Source of the DNA: a virus
Lineage: Duplodnaviria > Caudoviricetes
IMG/VR virus record: IMGVR_UViG_3300022562_001605
Span: 11,278-75,277 of that record
Reading direction: 5' to 3' (one strand)
Length of the DNA stretch: 64,000 nucleotides
A program made the position numbers and the translations under genes. Under the pieces are notes generated by a model that saw nothing but the letters and a program-made list of their open reading frames with translations, was not told where the DNA came from and made no database searches. Of the stretch, positions 9,488-18,083 are shown one piece after another (position 1 is the first letter of the stretch; every line of letters starts with the position of its first letter).

Positions 9488-10207
9488 TTACCAAATTATA
9501 GTTGATGTTGTACCCGCTGCAAGTCTATCCTTGGCAACTTCGTAATATTCGTTGTCCTTTTCAATACAGATATATTGGCGATTTAAATCACGTGCTGCAA
9601 CGGCTGTAGTTCCCGAACCAGCAAATCCATCAAATACAACATCGTCAGTTTTTGAATGCTTTTCTATACATTGTTTGATTAAATCAAGTGGTTTTTGGTT
9701 TTGATGTAATTGATTAACACCAACAACCTTATCAAACATCCACACGTCCTGAATACGCTTTCCTTGGATTGGTGCTTCACCTTTATTAACTAAAATAATA
9801 AATTCGTGTTTTTTGCCGAACGCATATCGCAAATCACCAGCTGTATGGTTATTTTTCACCCATACAATAATGTTTCGAATTGAAAAATACTTTTCCAGTT
9901 CTGTAACAAAATAAGCGACTTTATTTGAATTACAAAACATATACATTGCAGTATCAGGTTTCATAATTCTGTAACATTCAGCAATATATTTACTGATTAG
10001 TTCTGGATCATCATCGCCTTCAATCGTCGTTTCAAACTTATGTTGTACGGGATCTTTATTAACGTCGTATTTATTAGGTTTTCCGTTACGACGGCCGGTC
10101 TTATAATCCATAAGATATGGTGGATCTGTTACTATAAGATCCACAGATTCATCATCCATTGCGGACATGTAATTTAAACAATCATCATGAATCAATTCTT
10201 CTATCAT
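9488..10207 (-). CDS. DNA methyltransferase (N4-C/N6-A, beta class)
   Basis: DLIVTDPPY catalytic motif, HQNQKP, VFDGFAGSGTT SAM motif at C-terminus. Confidence 0.9.
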   Translation of the reverse strand: MIEELIHDDCLNYMSAMDDESVDLIVTDPPYLMDYKTGRRNGKPNKYDVNKDPVQHKFETTIEGDDDPELISKYIAECYRIMKPDTAMYMFCNSNKVAYFVTELEKYFSIRNIIVWVKNNHTAGDLRYAFGKKHEFIILVNKGEAPIQGKRIQDVWMFDKVVGVNQLHQNQKPLDLIKQCIEKHSKTDDVVFDGFAGSGTTAVAARDLNRQYICIEKDNEYYEVAKDRLAAGTTSTIIW

Positions 10208-10253
10208 AAATCAATAACCTTTATTCTGTATTTCTTACGAATGTGTTCTGGAA

Positions 10254-10532
10254 TTAAATTGAAGTCCAGGTGCGATATCCGGCTGCAATGCCTGTATCGC
10301 TAGGTTCTTTTTTAGGTTTTTCGTTATATTTTTCCATTACTTCTTTTAAACAATATTTAAAACATGTATCCCAACCTTTACCATCACCTGCGGTTGATAT
10401 ACCAGTAGTTAAGAATTCGTGTGCCTGTTTGATAGCGCGTTCAGATTCCCAAATACATATCCACGATAGGGCGTCCAACAACGTCGGTTCTTCACATGCG
10501 CGTTCTACGGCTTCTGTAAATTTAAGAGGCAT
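10254..10532 (-). CDS. hypothetical protein
   Basis: start adjusted to MPLKF to limit overlap. Confidence 0.5.
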   Translation of the reverse strand: MPLKFTEAVERACEEPTLLDALSWICIWESERAIKQAHEFLTTGISTAGDGKGWDTCFKYCLKEVMEKYNEKPKKEPSDTGIAAGYRTWTSI

Positions 10533-10818
10533 TGTGATGTAAAAAATCCTGTATACTTGTGGATTTTCGTTCTGACCAATTAGAAATTTCATATCTATCA
10601 AGGTCTTCATTATCTGTGAGCATTTCTATAGCAAAAATTACATCACCAAGTTCGCGTTCAAGCATTTGACGGTTATTTGGACCTTCTTCAAAAGGGTTTA
10701 CGCTTGCATAACCATGGCGTAAAATTTTTCCAATCGCCTGTTGCGCTTCACCTAATTCTTCAAGTAAAATAGCAAGACGTTCTGCTTCTGCGGGGGTTAA
10801 TTGGTTAAAATGTTTCAT
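10522..10818 (-). CDS. MazG-like NTP pyrophosphohydrolase
   Basis: LLEELGEA.QAIGK...LERELGDV (ExxE/ExxD). Confidence 0.75.
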   Translation of the reverse strand: MKHFNQLTPAEAERLAILLEELGEAQQAIGKILRHGYASVNPFEEGPNNRQMLERELGDVIFAIEMLTDNEDLDRYEISNWSERKSTSIQDFLHHNAS

Positions 10819-10843
10819 GAATATTTCCTATTATTATAGTTAT

Positions 10844-10879
10844 CTTGACATTATATATAATTTTTGATAATATGTCAAG
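10844..10879. promoter_or_regulatory. overlapping divergent sigma70 promoters
   Basis: minus strand TTGACA(10878-73)-17-TATAAT(10855-50); plus strand TTGACA(10845-50)-17-TAATAT; flanked by inverted repeat CTTGACAT/ATGTCAAG. Confidence 0.75.
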
Positions 10880-10908
10880 TTGATAAAAATAAAAAAGGAT
10901 TATAGTAG

Positions 10909-11589
10909 ATGCGAAATGAAGAATTATATAACCTATATGTACGGCAGCGCAAGTGGTCTGATGATGTAATCCAACAAGCCATAGAAATTATAATAGATCA
11001 ATTTGATCTTGATCTTAGTGAATGGCAGATAGAAGAAACTAGCATTTTTGAAGATACAAAACTTTGTGGTGACCTCAAAATCTTTAACGGTAAACGCGAA
11101 TATATGATAGGGCATAGATGCCGCACTGAAGAAATCATGGAACAATATCCTGTAGATGTCACCGTACGCTATTTAAACAAATTTGGTCACAAAACAGAAT
11201 TCGCTAAAATTATGGAAGGGAAAGGTGATTTTAATTTGTACGATTTTCATATAAATGGCAATGTTGTAAGATGGGTTTTAATGGATTTACATGCATTTAG
11301 AAAGGCACACACATATAACTATATGTCTAAAAAATGGGAGGCTGCCGAACCTATCAAATTTACAGTAGAAAGTAACAAACATGAAGAAGATACGGATTTT
11401 AGAGCTTATAAAATGACATCAATACTTGAATATGATAAACTTGTAGATCCTGAAGATAGGATAATAATTTCCCATAGTCCTGGCTATTTTGAGGATATAT
11501 TAACGCACGAAACATATCTTTATGGTAAAACGTTCATAAGTTATAGCATGAAGGAAAAACAACATAGGATAGATCAAGTTGGAAAATAA
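10909..11589 (+). CDS. hypothetical protein, possible PD-(D/E)xK-like fold
   Basis: D...GDLK...R.R and D..VR...TEFAK motifs; fold assignment tentative. Confidence 0.5.
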   Translation: MRNEELYNLYVRQRKWSDDVIQQAIEIIIDQFDLDLSEWQIEETSIFEDTKLCGDLKIFNGKREYMIGHRCRTEEIMEQYPVDVTVRYLNKFGHKTEFAKIMEGKGDFNLYDFHINGNVVRWVLMDLHAFRKAHTYNYMSKKWEAAEPIKFTVESNKHEEDTDFRAYKMTSILEYDKLVDPEDRIIISHSPGYFEDILTHETYLYGKTFISYSMKEKQHRIDQVGK

Positions 11590-11881
11590 AAAACGCGAAT
11601 GGATTTATATTCATAAACCAGATGCATATGATATCGCATGTGACGTATGTGGTGGAACCCACATACACTGGTCCGAATACGAAGGTAAGATTTGGTGCTA
11701 TGATTGTGAAATTGACACGCCAGGAACTGGTGGAATATTTGATGGTCCAGTCCCTCTGAATCTTTGTATGATGATGGGAATTCGTTTTGACCGCATAAGA
11801 TTATCAGACCAGAAATTACTTAAAATGATAAAAAATGAAGATGGTACATTAAATTGGGTTGAAACTACCGATGAAGATTGA
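11579..11881 (+). CDS. Zn-ribbon protein
   Basis: CDVCGG...WSEY...WCYDC. Confidence 0.65.
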   Translation: MENKKREWIYIHKPDAYDIACDVCGGTHIHWSEYEGKIWCYDCEIDTPGTGGIFDGPVPLNLCMMMGIRFDRIRLSDQKLLKMIKNEDGTLNWVETTDED

Positions 11882-12407
11882 GCGCATATGGGCAATGCCT
11901 AATAAAAATACTTTTATCATTCCGCCCATCAAATCACTCATATTACAATATTGTAGTGGGTATTCTATAGACCCATTTGCGAATATTAACAAGCTGGCAT
12001 TAGTCACAAACGATATTGATCCTAATTATCCAACAGATTATCATATGGATGCTTTAGATTTCTTAAAAAGGTTTAAAGATGAAGAAGTCGATTGTGTTTT
12101 ATATGATCCACCATATTCTCCACGCCAAGTTACAGAAGTTTACACAAAAATGGGAATGACAGTAAACATGGAAACAACACAAGCTGCGTTTTGGTCAAAT
12201 ATGAAAAAAGAAATTGGAAGAATTACAAAAATTGATGGAATTGTTATTAGTTGTGGTTGGAATTCTGGTGGAGTTGGTAAAAAATACGGTTTTGAATTGT
12301 TAGAAGTGCTTTTGGTTCCACATGGAGGCCAACATAACGATACAATTGTTACAGTGGAACGTAAAAATCGTAAAATGTATAAGAGTGATGAAACTTTAAT
12401 AGACTAA
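11871..12407 (+). CDS. short adenine-specific DNA methyltransferase
   Basis: WAMPNKNTF, IDPFAN, DALDFL, LYDPPYS, GWNSGG, HGG.HNDTI. Confidence 0.8.
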   Translation: MKIERIWAMPNKNTFIIPPIKSLILQYCSGYSIDPFANINKLALVTNDIDPNYPTDYHMDALDFLKRFKDEEVDCVLYDPPYSPRQVTEVYTKMGMTVNMETTQAAFWSNMKKEIGRITKIDGIVISCGWNSGGVGKKYGFELLEVLLVPHGGQHNDTIVTVERKNRKMYKSDETLID

Positions 12408-12455
12408 TTTTGGTCTATTAATCAATTTTTTTATAGTTAATAGACGATTTTTAAG

Positions 12456-12728
12456 CTATTGTAGATCGCGAAGTGAATTATAACGGTACAATGGTGCAAC
12501 ATATTCGCGTCCGAGCATATTTTCAACTGTAAAATCTTCTTGTTCTACGATTCCTTCTGCAACCAAAGCGCGTAAAGCTGGTCCGGCAATGTCCCAATCC
12601 TTAATTCCCTTGACAGCACAGTGCCAATTTACAAATTTTCCGTGGTGACTTTCTTTTAAATTGGAAATTATGATGATTTTTGCTTCTTCGGCTGTCATTT
12701 TCTGAAATAAGTAAACAACTTCACCCAT
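12456..12728 (-). CDS. hypothetical protein, possible winged helix
   Basis: GAGG RBS; ALRALVAEGIVE helix-wing pattern. Confidence 0.5.
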   Translation of the reverse strand: MGEVVYLFQKMTAEEAKIIIISNLKESHHGKFVNWHCAVKGIKDWDIAGPALRALVAEGIVEQEDFTVENMLGREYVAPLYRYNSLRDLQ

Positions 12729-12737
12729 TTTTAGTCC

Positions 12738-12917
12738 TCAAAAAGAATTTTCAAACTGTCCATAACCCATATCAACACAATTTTTAAGAAATTTATCTAT
12801 CATTTGTTGATTCGGACACTGTAAGTAGATATCCATGGGTTGTATTTTATCATTTTTTGTGATAACATCATCAAGGGTGAGGTCATTTTCACAATTTAGT
12901 ACGAAATTGTTGCTCAT
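12738..12917 (-). CDS. hypothetical protein (59 aa, not in track)
   Basis: MSNNFVLNCENDLTLDD...GQFENSF*, downstream of promoter. Confidence 0.5.
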   Translation of the reverse strand: MSNNFVLNCENDLTLDDVITKNDKIQPMDIYLQCPNQQMIDKFLKNCVDMGYGQFENSF

Positions 12918-12953
12918 AGCAAGATTTCACCTTTAAAAATTAATAATATAACA

Positions 12954-12982
12954 AATATAACCCATAAAAAGACAAAAGTCAA
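12954..12982 (-). promoter_or_regulatory. sigma70-type promoter
   Basis: TTGACT-17-TATATT. Confidence 0.6.
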
Positions 12983-13021
12983 GCCTTTTAGGTTATAAAA
13001 AATAAAAATAAGGTTAAAATT

Positions 13022-13306
13022 ATGAAAAAATCGATATTTTTGGCATTTTTACTGGCTATTTTCACAAACGGCGCACAGGCGTGGGAACACGACCTAGAAT
13101 TAGCAACTGTAGTGTTAAATTCTGCAAATGTATCATATTTGCTGAATTTAAAAGACGATGGCATCCATGTAAGCACTTTTGGCTACAAGATACCCGCAGA
13201 AACATGTGAATTTTTGATTAAAAAGGGTGTTAATGTGAACGATGTTATAGATTATTCACTCGATAACGAAACGCATACAGTCGTTAAAAGTTTTACACGT
13301 TGTTAG
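13022..13306 (+). CDS. secreted/periplasmic protein
   Basis: classic signal peptide MKKSIFLAFLLAIFTNGAQA. Confidence 0.65.
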   Translation: MKKSIFLAFLLAIFTNGAQAWEHDLELATVVLNSANVSYLLNLKDDGIHVSTFGYKIPAETCEFLIKKGVNVNDVIDYSLDNETHTVVKSFTRC

Positions 13307-13805
13307 CTGACAGTTTTCGTTCAGATGCAAGCTTTTTGTTCATAATAGGCTCAATTCGCGTCTGAATTTGTTTAGTGAATGCTTCAATGTGGTGTGGATC
13401 TTCTACAACTTTTAATGCATTAGCTAAAAAAGTTTTAAGTGAAGGTGAACGTCCAATATCGCGTAGACGATGTAAAGCAGCATTACTCGCGTTCTTTTCT
13501 TGACCACCGGCCATGTAAAGAAGGGTGCCAAAATCGCCCTTTTCGTCAAGCGCATCTGCTAAATCAGGGTTTGAAATTGCAGAAAGTGCAGCCAATATCT
13601 GTGCCACATCTTGTTTTTTTGCAGGATTAAGTTTACCAGCCGTTACACTACTTCTTACTTTAGTCAACCATGAAGAAATTGCTTCATTAAGCTGATCAGT
13701 CCCTGTTGAAAGATATTTTGTCAATAAATCAATATTTTTATTGATGTTTTCGTCTTCTACAATAGTACGATTGGCTTGTTCATTAATTTGGAATAATAAA
13801 TCCAT
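13293..13805 (-). CDS. hypothetical protein, possible internal head protein
   Basis: GGGAG RBS before MDLLFQINE; helical. Confidence 0.5.
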   Translation of the reverse strand: MDLLFQINEQANRTIVEDENINKNIDLLTKYLSTGTDQLNEAISSWLTKVRSSVTAGKLNPAKKQDVAQILAALSAISNPDLADALDEKGDFGTLLYMAGGQEKNASNAALHRLRDIGRSPSLKTFLANALKVVEDPHHIEAFTKQIQTRIEPIMNKKLASERKLSANNV

Positions 13806-13834
13806 TATAAATCTCCCTGATATGGAAGTATTTA

Positions 13835-14026
13835 TTATCTGGTCATCGCACGGGCCATTGTTTCTGCTGAACGAAATCCATTTGCCCAACTTTCAAATAA
13901 GCTTCTCTCGTCTTCTTCGTTATATTGGTTTTTTGTAACAATTCCATTATCTTTTTGGTTGAAGAAAGCAGTCCAGCCTTCATGGTATGCGTGTTCTTCT
14001 GCTGTGGGTTTTAGAATACTAGTCAT
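13835..14026 (-). CDS. hypothetical protein
   Basis: AYHEGW...W..GF pattern (RMF-like motif common in phage ORFs). Confidence 0.5.
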   Translation of the reverse strand: MTSILKPTAEEHAYHEGWTAFFNQKDNGIVTKNQYNEEDERSLFESWANGFRSAETMARAMTR

Positions 14027-14037
14027 GAATCACCTTT

Positions 14038-14421
14038 TCAATCATCTAACAAGCTCTTACTTGCTAATTTTTTTAAACTATTTTTAGCAGGATTTTCCTT
14101 TTCATCCGCCGGTATTTTAGCTTCATGCAAAGTTATATTTATTTCTTCCTTGTCAATTTTTAAATCTTTTGTCCATTTTAACGTATTATCTGGATTGTAA
14201 TGTTTCCAAACTATACAAGTAGATTCCCTATATTTCTTATCAAGTATACGATATAAAACTATACCAAGAAAGGCACCTAACGAAGCACCAAGTAAGTTGG
14301 TACCATCGAACGCAACTCCTATAAAAATTACTACCATAAGTGCAAGACAAAGGCTTGTTCCTGTAGCTACAAAAAGATACAGTAAAGCCATATTAAAATC
14401 GTCTTTGATAGACTTACTCAT
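14038..14421 (-). CDS. two-TM membrane protein
   Basis: hydrophobic segments. Confidence 0.6.
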   Translation of the reverse strand: MSKSIKDDFNMALLYLFVATGTSLCLALMVVIFIGVAFDGTNLLGASLGAFLGIVLYRILDKKYRESTCIVWKHYNPDNTLKWTKDLKIDKEEINITLHEAKIPADEKENPAKNSLKKLASKSLLDD

Positions 14422-14423
14422 TG

Positions 14424-14663
14424 TTAACCCTTTTTGTTGCGTTCGCTTCTTTCGCGAATTAATCTTAATGCTTCGAAGGGTTCAAGCGTTGCTAATCTAT
14501 CAACCCAATCTGCATGTTCTTGTTTATTCTTTTCTATTTCTTTATGAAGATTTTCAACTTTTGCGGAAAGTTCTTTATTATTCTTGCTTAATCCTGCTGT
14601 AGTACCATAAAGGATTATAACCGATATAATACATATTACACAAAAAACACCCAACATCCACAT
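14424..14663 (-). CDS. membrane-anchored coiled-coil protein
   Basis: N-terminal TM + charged helix. Confidence 0.55.
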   Translation of the reverse strand: MWMLGVFCVICIISVIILYGTTAGLSKNNKELSAKVENLHKEIEKNKQEHADWVDRLATLEPFEALRLIRERSERNKKG

Positions 14664-14665
14664 AA

Positions 14666-15040
14666 TTAATTTACCAATCCCAATGCTTCTTTATCTTCGT
14701 CGTTTAATTTAGCCAGCGCTTTTTGACGTTTCTTTTCTAAAATATAACTATTGAACGATTCGTTTTCAACAACAGATGTGAAAGTTTCAACAAATAGTGC
14801 CACTGGTTTATAACCGAAGTGTTTGGTGGTAGGTGAATTTATAGCTTCTTCTAAAAGAGCTACCAATTTTTCTTCATTGTCTACAACTGTTGATTTGGTT
14901 AAATCCCCCCATGTTCCGTTTCCAGAACGTGAATAGTAAACATATCCATCTTGTCGTGCATACATTTTACTATCATCGTTTGCATAAGCACCGATAACGT
15001 ATCCGCTATCGACGCGTCTGTACATTCCAGTAGTATCCAT
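14666..15040 (-). CDS. hypothetical protein
   Basis: GAGG RBS; KALAKL..ED.EALGL C-terminus. Confidence 0.6.
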   Translation of the reverse strand: MDTTGMYRRVDSGYVIGAYANDDSKMYARQDGYVYYSRSGNGTWGDLTKSTVVDNEEKLVALLEEAINSPTTKHFGYKPVALFVETFTSVVENESFNSYILEKKRQKALAKLNDEDKEALGLVN

Positions 15041-15048
15041 TTATTGCC

Positions 15049-15333
15049 TCATCTATCAAAAAGTGGTTCGTCGCGTTGTTCACGCGTATCACGCATACCA
15101 GTATTCCATGGATCATTTATTTCTTTAACTTCAATTCCACGACCAAATGGATCTGGTGTTTCGAGTTTTTCCTGTTCCAGGCGCAACCGTTCATCTATTT
15201 TATCTTGTATCGCACGTGCACGCTCTTTAATAGCACGTTGTTTATTACGGTTAATAACGTAATAAACAATGCTTGATGCAACGATCAAAATACCTACGAA
15301 AATAGTAGTGTTTAAATATAGTGCATTCATCAT
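15049..15333 (-). CDS. single-TM membrane protein
   Basis: start adjusted to MMNAL; TM followed by coiled coil. Confidence 0.55.
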   Translation of the reverse strand: MMNALYLNTTIFVGILIVASSIVYYVINRNKQRAIKERARAIQDKIDERLRLEQEKLETPDPFGRGIEVKEINDPWNTGMRDTREQRDEPLFDR

Positions 15334-15445
15334 TTTCACCTGATTTGTTAATAACAATACCAATATATCACACCGTTGACCTATTAGCAAGTAAAAATAA
15401 CCTATTTATTCAAATAATATTGTTAATATTATCAATAAGTTAGGA

Positions 15446-15901
15446 TTATTTTGCGTCGTCGGTGCTATTTTCCTCGTGCATATTAACAATATCCACATAT
15501 CCTTGGCATATTCTATGAACTTCAATTTTTGCAGCCATATATCCACTAATACCTATTAATACATATGCATTGGCGAATGCTGCCACAGTTGATAAAAGTG
15601 TCCAACTAAAAGACAATTGTAAGTCTGGTAGTGAAATATAGAGAAGCATTAACATATTAGCTACAAATGTTGAAAATATAATATACAACATACTTCTTGC
15701 ACTAGTAATATAACTTCTTAATTCGGGTGCATCGTTTTCGACTATTTCATCTATAGCGGGTATATCATTTTTTTCCAATAAAAAATTGTATGCGTATCTT
15801 AGATAATCCAATCCACCACTGGTGAAATATAGAACATGGCTCACGTAAAAAAATACGAGAACGTTCATTATACTTAAACCTACTATAATCCAAAACATCA
15901 T
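15446..15901 (-). CDS. multi-TM membrane protein
   Basis: three hydrophobic segments. Confidence 0.65.
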   Translation of the reverse strand: MMFWIIVGLSIMNVLVFFYVSHVLYFTSGGLDYLRYAYNFLLEKNDIPAIDEIVENDAPELRSYITSARSMLYIIFSTFVANMLMLLYISLPDLQLSFSWTLLSTVAAFANAYVLIGISGYMAAKIEVHRICQGYVDIVNMHEENSTDDAK

Positions 15902-16230
15902 TCTAATCTCAACCGTAGAATTAATGGCGTTACATTTGTAGATATCACATCATATTTTTCAAGCTTTAATATGATTGGTAACTGACTGTCCAGTTCAAAT
16001 ACATCGTCCGTTTTCATGGAAACGCCTTTTACAAAAGATTTTATTTGATTCCATTCCAATTCTGTATATCCAGTACCCATTTGTATATGAACGTTAGCTT
16101 TTGACTTATTCTTCATTGTTACTTCAAAAGTCATATGTGACGTTTTATTAGATTCATTTAATATTGCGCCTGCAAGTATAAGCAACCCTGCGGCCAAAAC
16201 AATATACCAATAAGTTTTAGACTTATTCAA
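15898..16230 (-). CDS. membrane-anchored protein
   Basis: N-terminal TM. Confidence 0.55.
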   Translation of the reverse strand: MNKSKTYWYIVLAAGLLILAGAILNESNKTSHMTFEVTMKNKSKANVHIQMGTGYTELEWNQIKSFVKGVSMKTDDVFELDSQLPIILKLEKYDVISTNVTPLILRLRLE

Positions 16231-16634
16231 CGTTCTGCCCTTATAACAATGCGTTTAAAAAATATTACAGCCCTTTTAATATTCGGCAATTTTTGTAATT
16301 CTGCTTCTGCCAATGCACGCTCATTAGAAAAGTATTTTGAAACTACTTCACGTACTTGTGATTTTGATTTCATGAAACTACTTTTAGCTGGTTTTAATTG
16401 ATATTCTATAACGACCACAACATCGTTTGCATCTTTAAGCATAGCTTCAATAGGCGCGGCATTTTCATAAAGAAATGGTTCATGTGTTGTGGGTCTGGTG
16501 TTTACCATTGGCGGTTGTGTATTTGAAGCAATAGTAGTCAGCGCCATGAAACTAACTAAACACGCGAGCATACTAACCATAATAGCAAATATGGATAGGG
16601 ATCTAAGCTTTATAACATTATCTGACGCTGACAT
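16227..16634 (-). CDS. membrane-anchored protein
   Basis: N-terminal TM. Confidence 0.55.
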   Translation of the reverse strand: MSASDNVIKLRSLSIFAIMVSMLACLVSFMALTTIASNTQPPMVNTRPTTHEPFLYENAAPIEAMLKDANDVVVVIEYQLKPAKSSFMKSKSQVREVVSKYFSNERALAEAELQKLPNIKRAVIFFKRIVIRAER

Positions 16635-17028
16635 CGCGTTTACCCCCATGAATAATACATTTAAGGTCTATAATACGTTGCTTACAACCAAACAAATCAT
16701 CGTTGTCTTGTTTTGGGCATGTACATTTAGGAACATCATACCAACGATGGTAATCTTTATTTGGTTCAAATCTCCACAGCGTTTGCTGGAGATATTCCAA
16801 TTCTTCAAATTTTGCGGCATACTGTCGCAGCAATTCTGGATCTTCTGTTAATTCCATCATACCAAATAGGTAATATCTGGTTATATGTGATATTTTTAAT
16901 AATTCTATTTCTAGTCCAATAAGTTTTTGCTTTCTTACCAGCATGGAATTAAGTGATGTGATATAAGTACCGTCACTTAGTTTTACCTCTAAGTTTTCTG
17001 GACTATAAATTTCATTTTCATCTATCAT
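16618..17028 (-). CDS. hypothetical phage protein
   Basis: LQ.LWRF...YHRW..PKCTCPK.DN...CIIHG metal-binding pattern. Confidence 0.6.
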   Translation of the reverse strand: MIDENEIYSPENLEVKLSDGTYITSLNSMLVRKQKLIGLEIELLKISHITRYYLFGMMELTEDPELLRQYAAKFEELEYLQQTLWRFEPNKDYHRWYDVPKCTCPKQDNDDLFGCKQRIIDLKCIIHGGKRDVSVR

Positions 17029-17070
17029 GGTTAATCCATTGGGTGCCCATATTAATGGGCACCATGTTGG

Positions 17071-18081
17071 TTAATTTTGATCTTCTACCAAAACATTATT
17101 TGGATTTGCTGAAGCCCATCGCCATGCAAATCCACCAGCAGAACGACGTTCGCCGTCACAAACTTTTTTGATACTAGAAGAATCAATATCTGTTTTATGC
17201 ATAGCACTAGTTGGTGAATCAAAAAGTTCAATAACTTTAGGATTACCATCACCCAACAATGCTTCTGCAAGATTCAACTGTTCAACTGCGATGGAAGTTA
17301 CTTCTGTCTTGCTGGTATCAACAAAAGCACCTTCAAGGTTATCAGCCGGAAGATGTCCAGAAGAATCATGATCAACAACCATTTCACGAACAACAACATA
17401 TCGACAAGTGCGACCTTTTGCATTGTTATAATCGCTTGGAATGGCAACTACATCAGCTGGATTGATTTTAACAATAACAACTTTCTTATCACTACCATAT
17501 GCACCATAGTGTGGTAGATATTCCCGTGAACAAAAATGTAATCCTGATGAACAAGTATGATCTTTATCTTCATCTACTTGATTGCGTGGCATTTCAACAA
17601 CTTTACCGGGTGAATTATCAACTTTACTAGTGTAACAATCTGTAAAATCACCATTGACGCGTTTGTATGCAAGGAAACAACCATCTTCGGTGATTGGAAG
17701 CTCTGATGCTTCTAAGAAATCATACAGTTCGTTTACTGCACGATATGAAGGATTTTCCATTAAATTTTCAAGGAAAAGAGCCATCGGTGAAACATCATAA
17801 CCTTCGCTATGCATATCTAGAATTCGTTTTGTAAGTGTATTGTGAAGAGGAACACCATCGTATGTTACATATCCACCTTCTACTGCAACCTTTTCGATAC
17901 CTTTGATTGATTGTTTTACCGCTTCGATTGGCATAGATAATTTTTTAGCCAGATCCCAATCTTTATTACGAACGGCTAGACATACCGCTTCATAATTTGG
18001 ATTGTTATTATATACTGTAGCTGAATCACCATCGTCAAATACAAGGGTAAGATGTGAATCAGATTTGATAAATGACGCCAT
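17071..18081 (-). CDS. rIIB: RIIB-like protein with C-terminal NUMOD1-like domain
   Basis: LENLMENPS, LPITEDGCFLAYK, CSSGLHFC, K.NPADVVAIP.DY...K.R.C; adjacent to rIIA. Confidence 0.85.
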   Translation of the reverse strand: MASFIKSDSHLTLVFDDGDSATVYNNNPNYEAVCLAVRNKDWDLAKKLSMPIEAVKQSIKGIEKVAVEGGYVTYDGVPLHNTLTKRILDMHSEGYDVSPMALFLENLMENPSYRAVNELYDFLEASELPITEDGCFLAYKRVNGDFTDCYTSKVDNSPGKVVEMPRNQVDEDKDHTCSSGLHFCSREYLPHYGAYGSDKKVVIVKINPADVVAIPSDYNNAKGRTCRYVVVREMVVDHDSSGHLPADNLEGAFVDTSKTEVTSIAVEQLNLAEALLGDGNPKVIELFDSPTSAMHKTDIDSSSIKKVCDGERRSAGGFAWRWASANPNNVLVEDQN

Positions 18082-18083
18082 TT

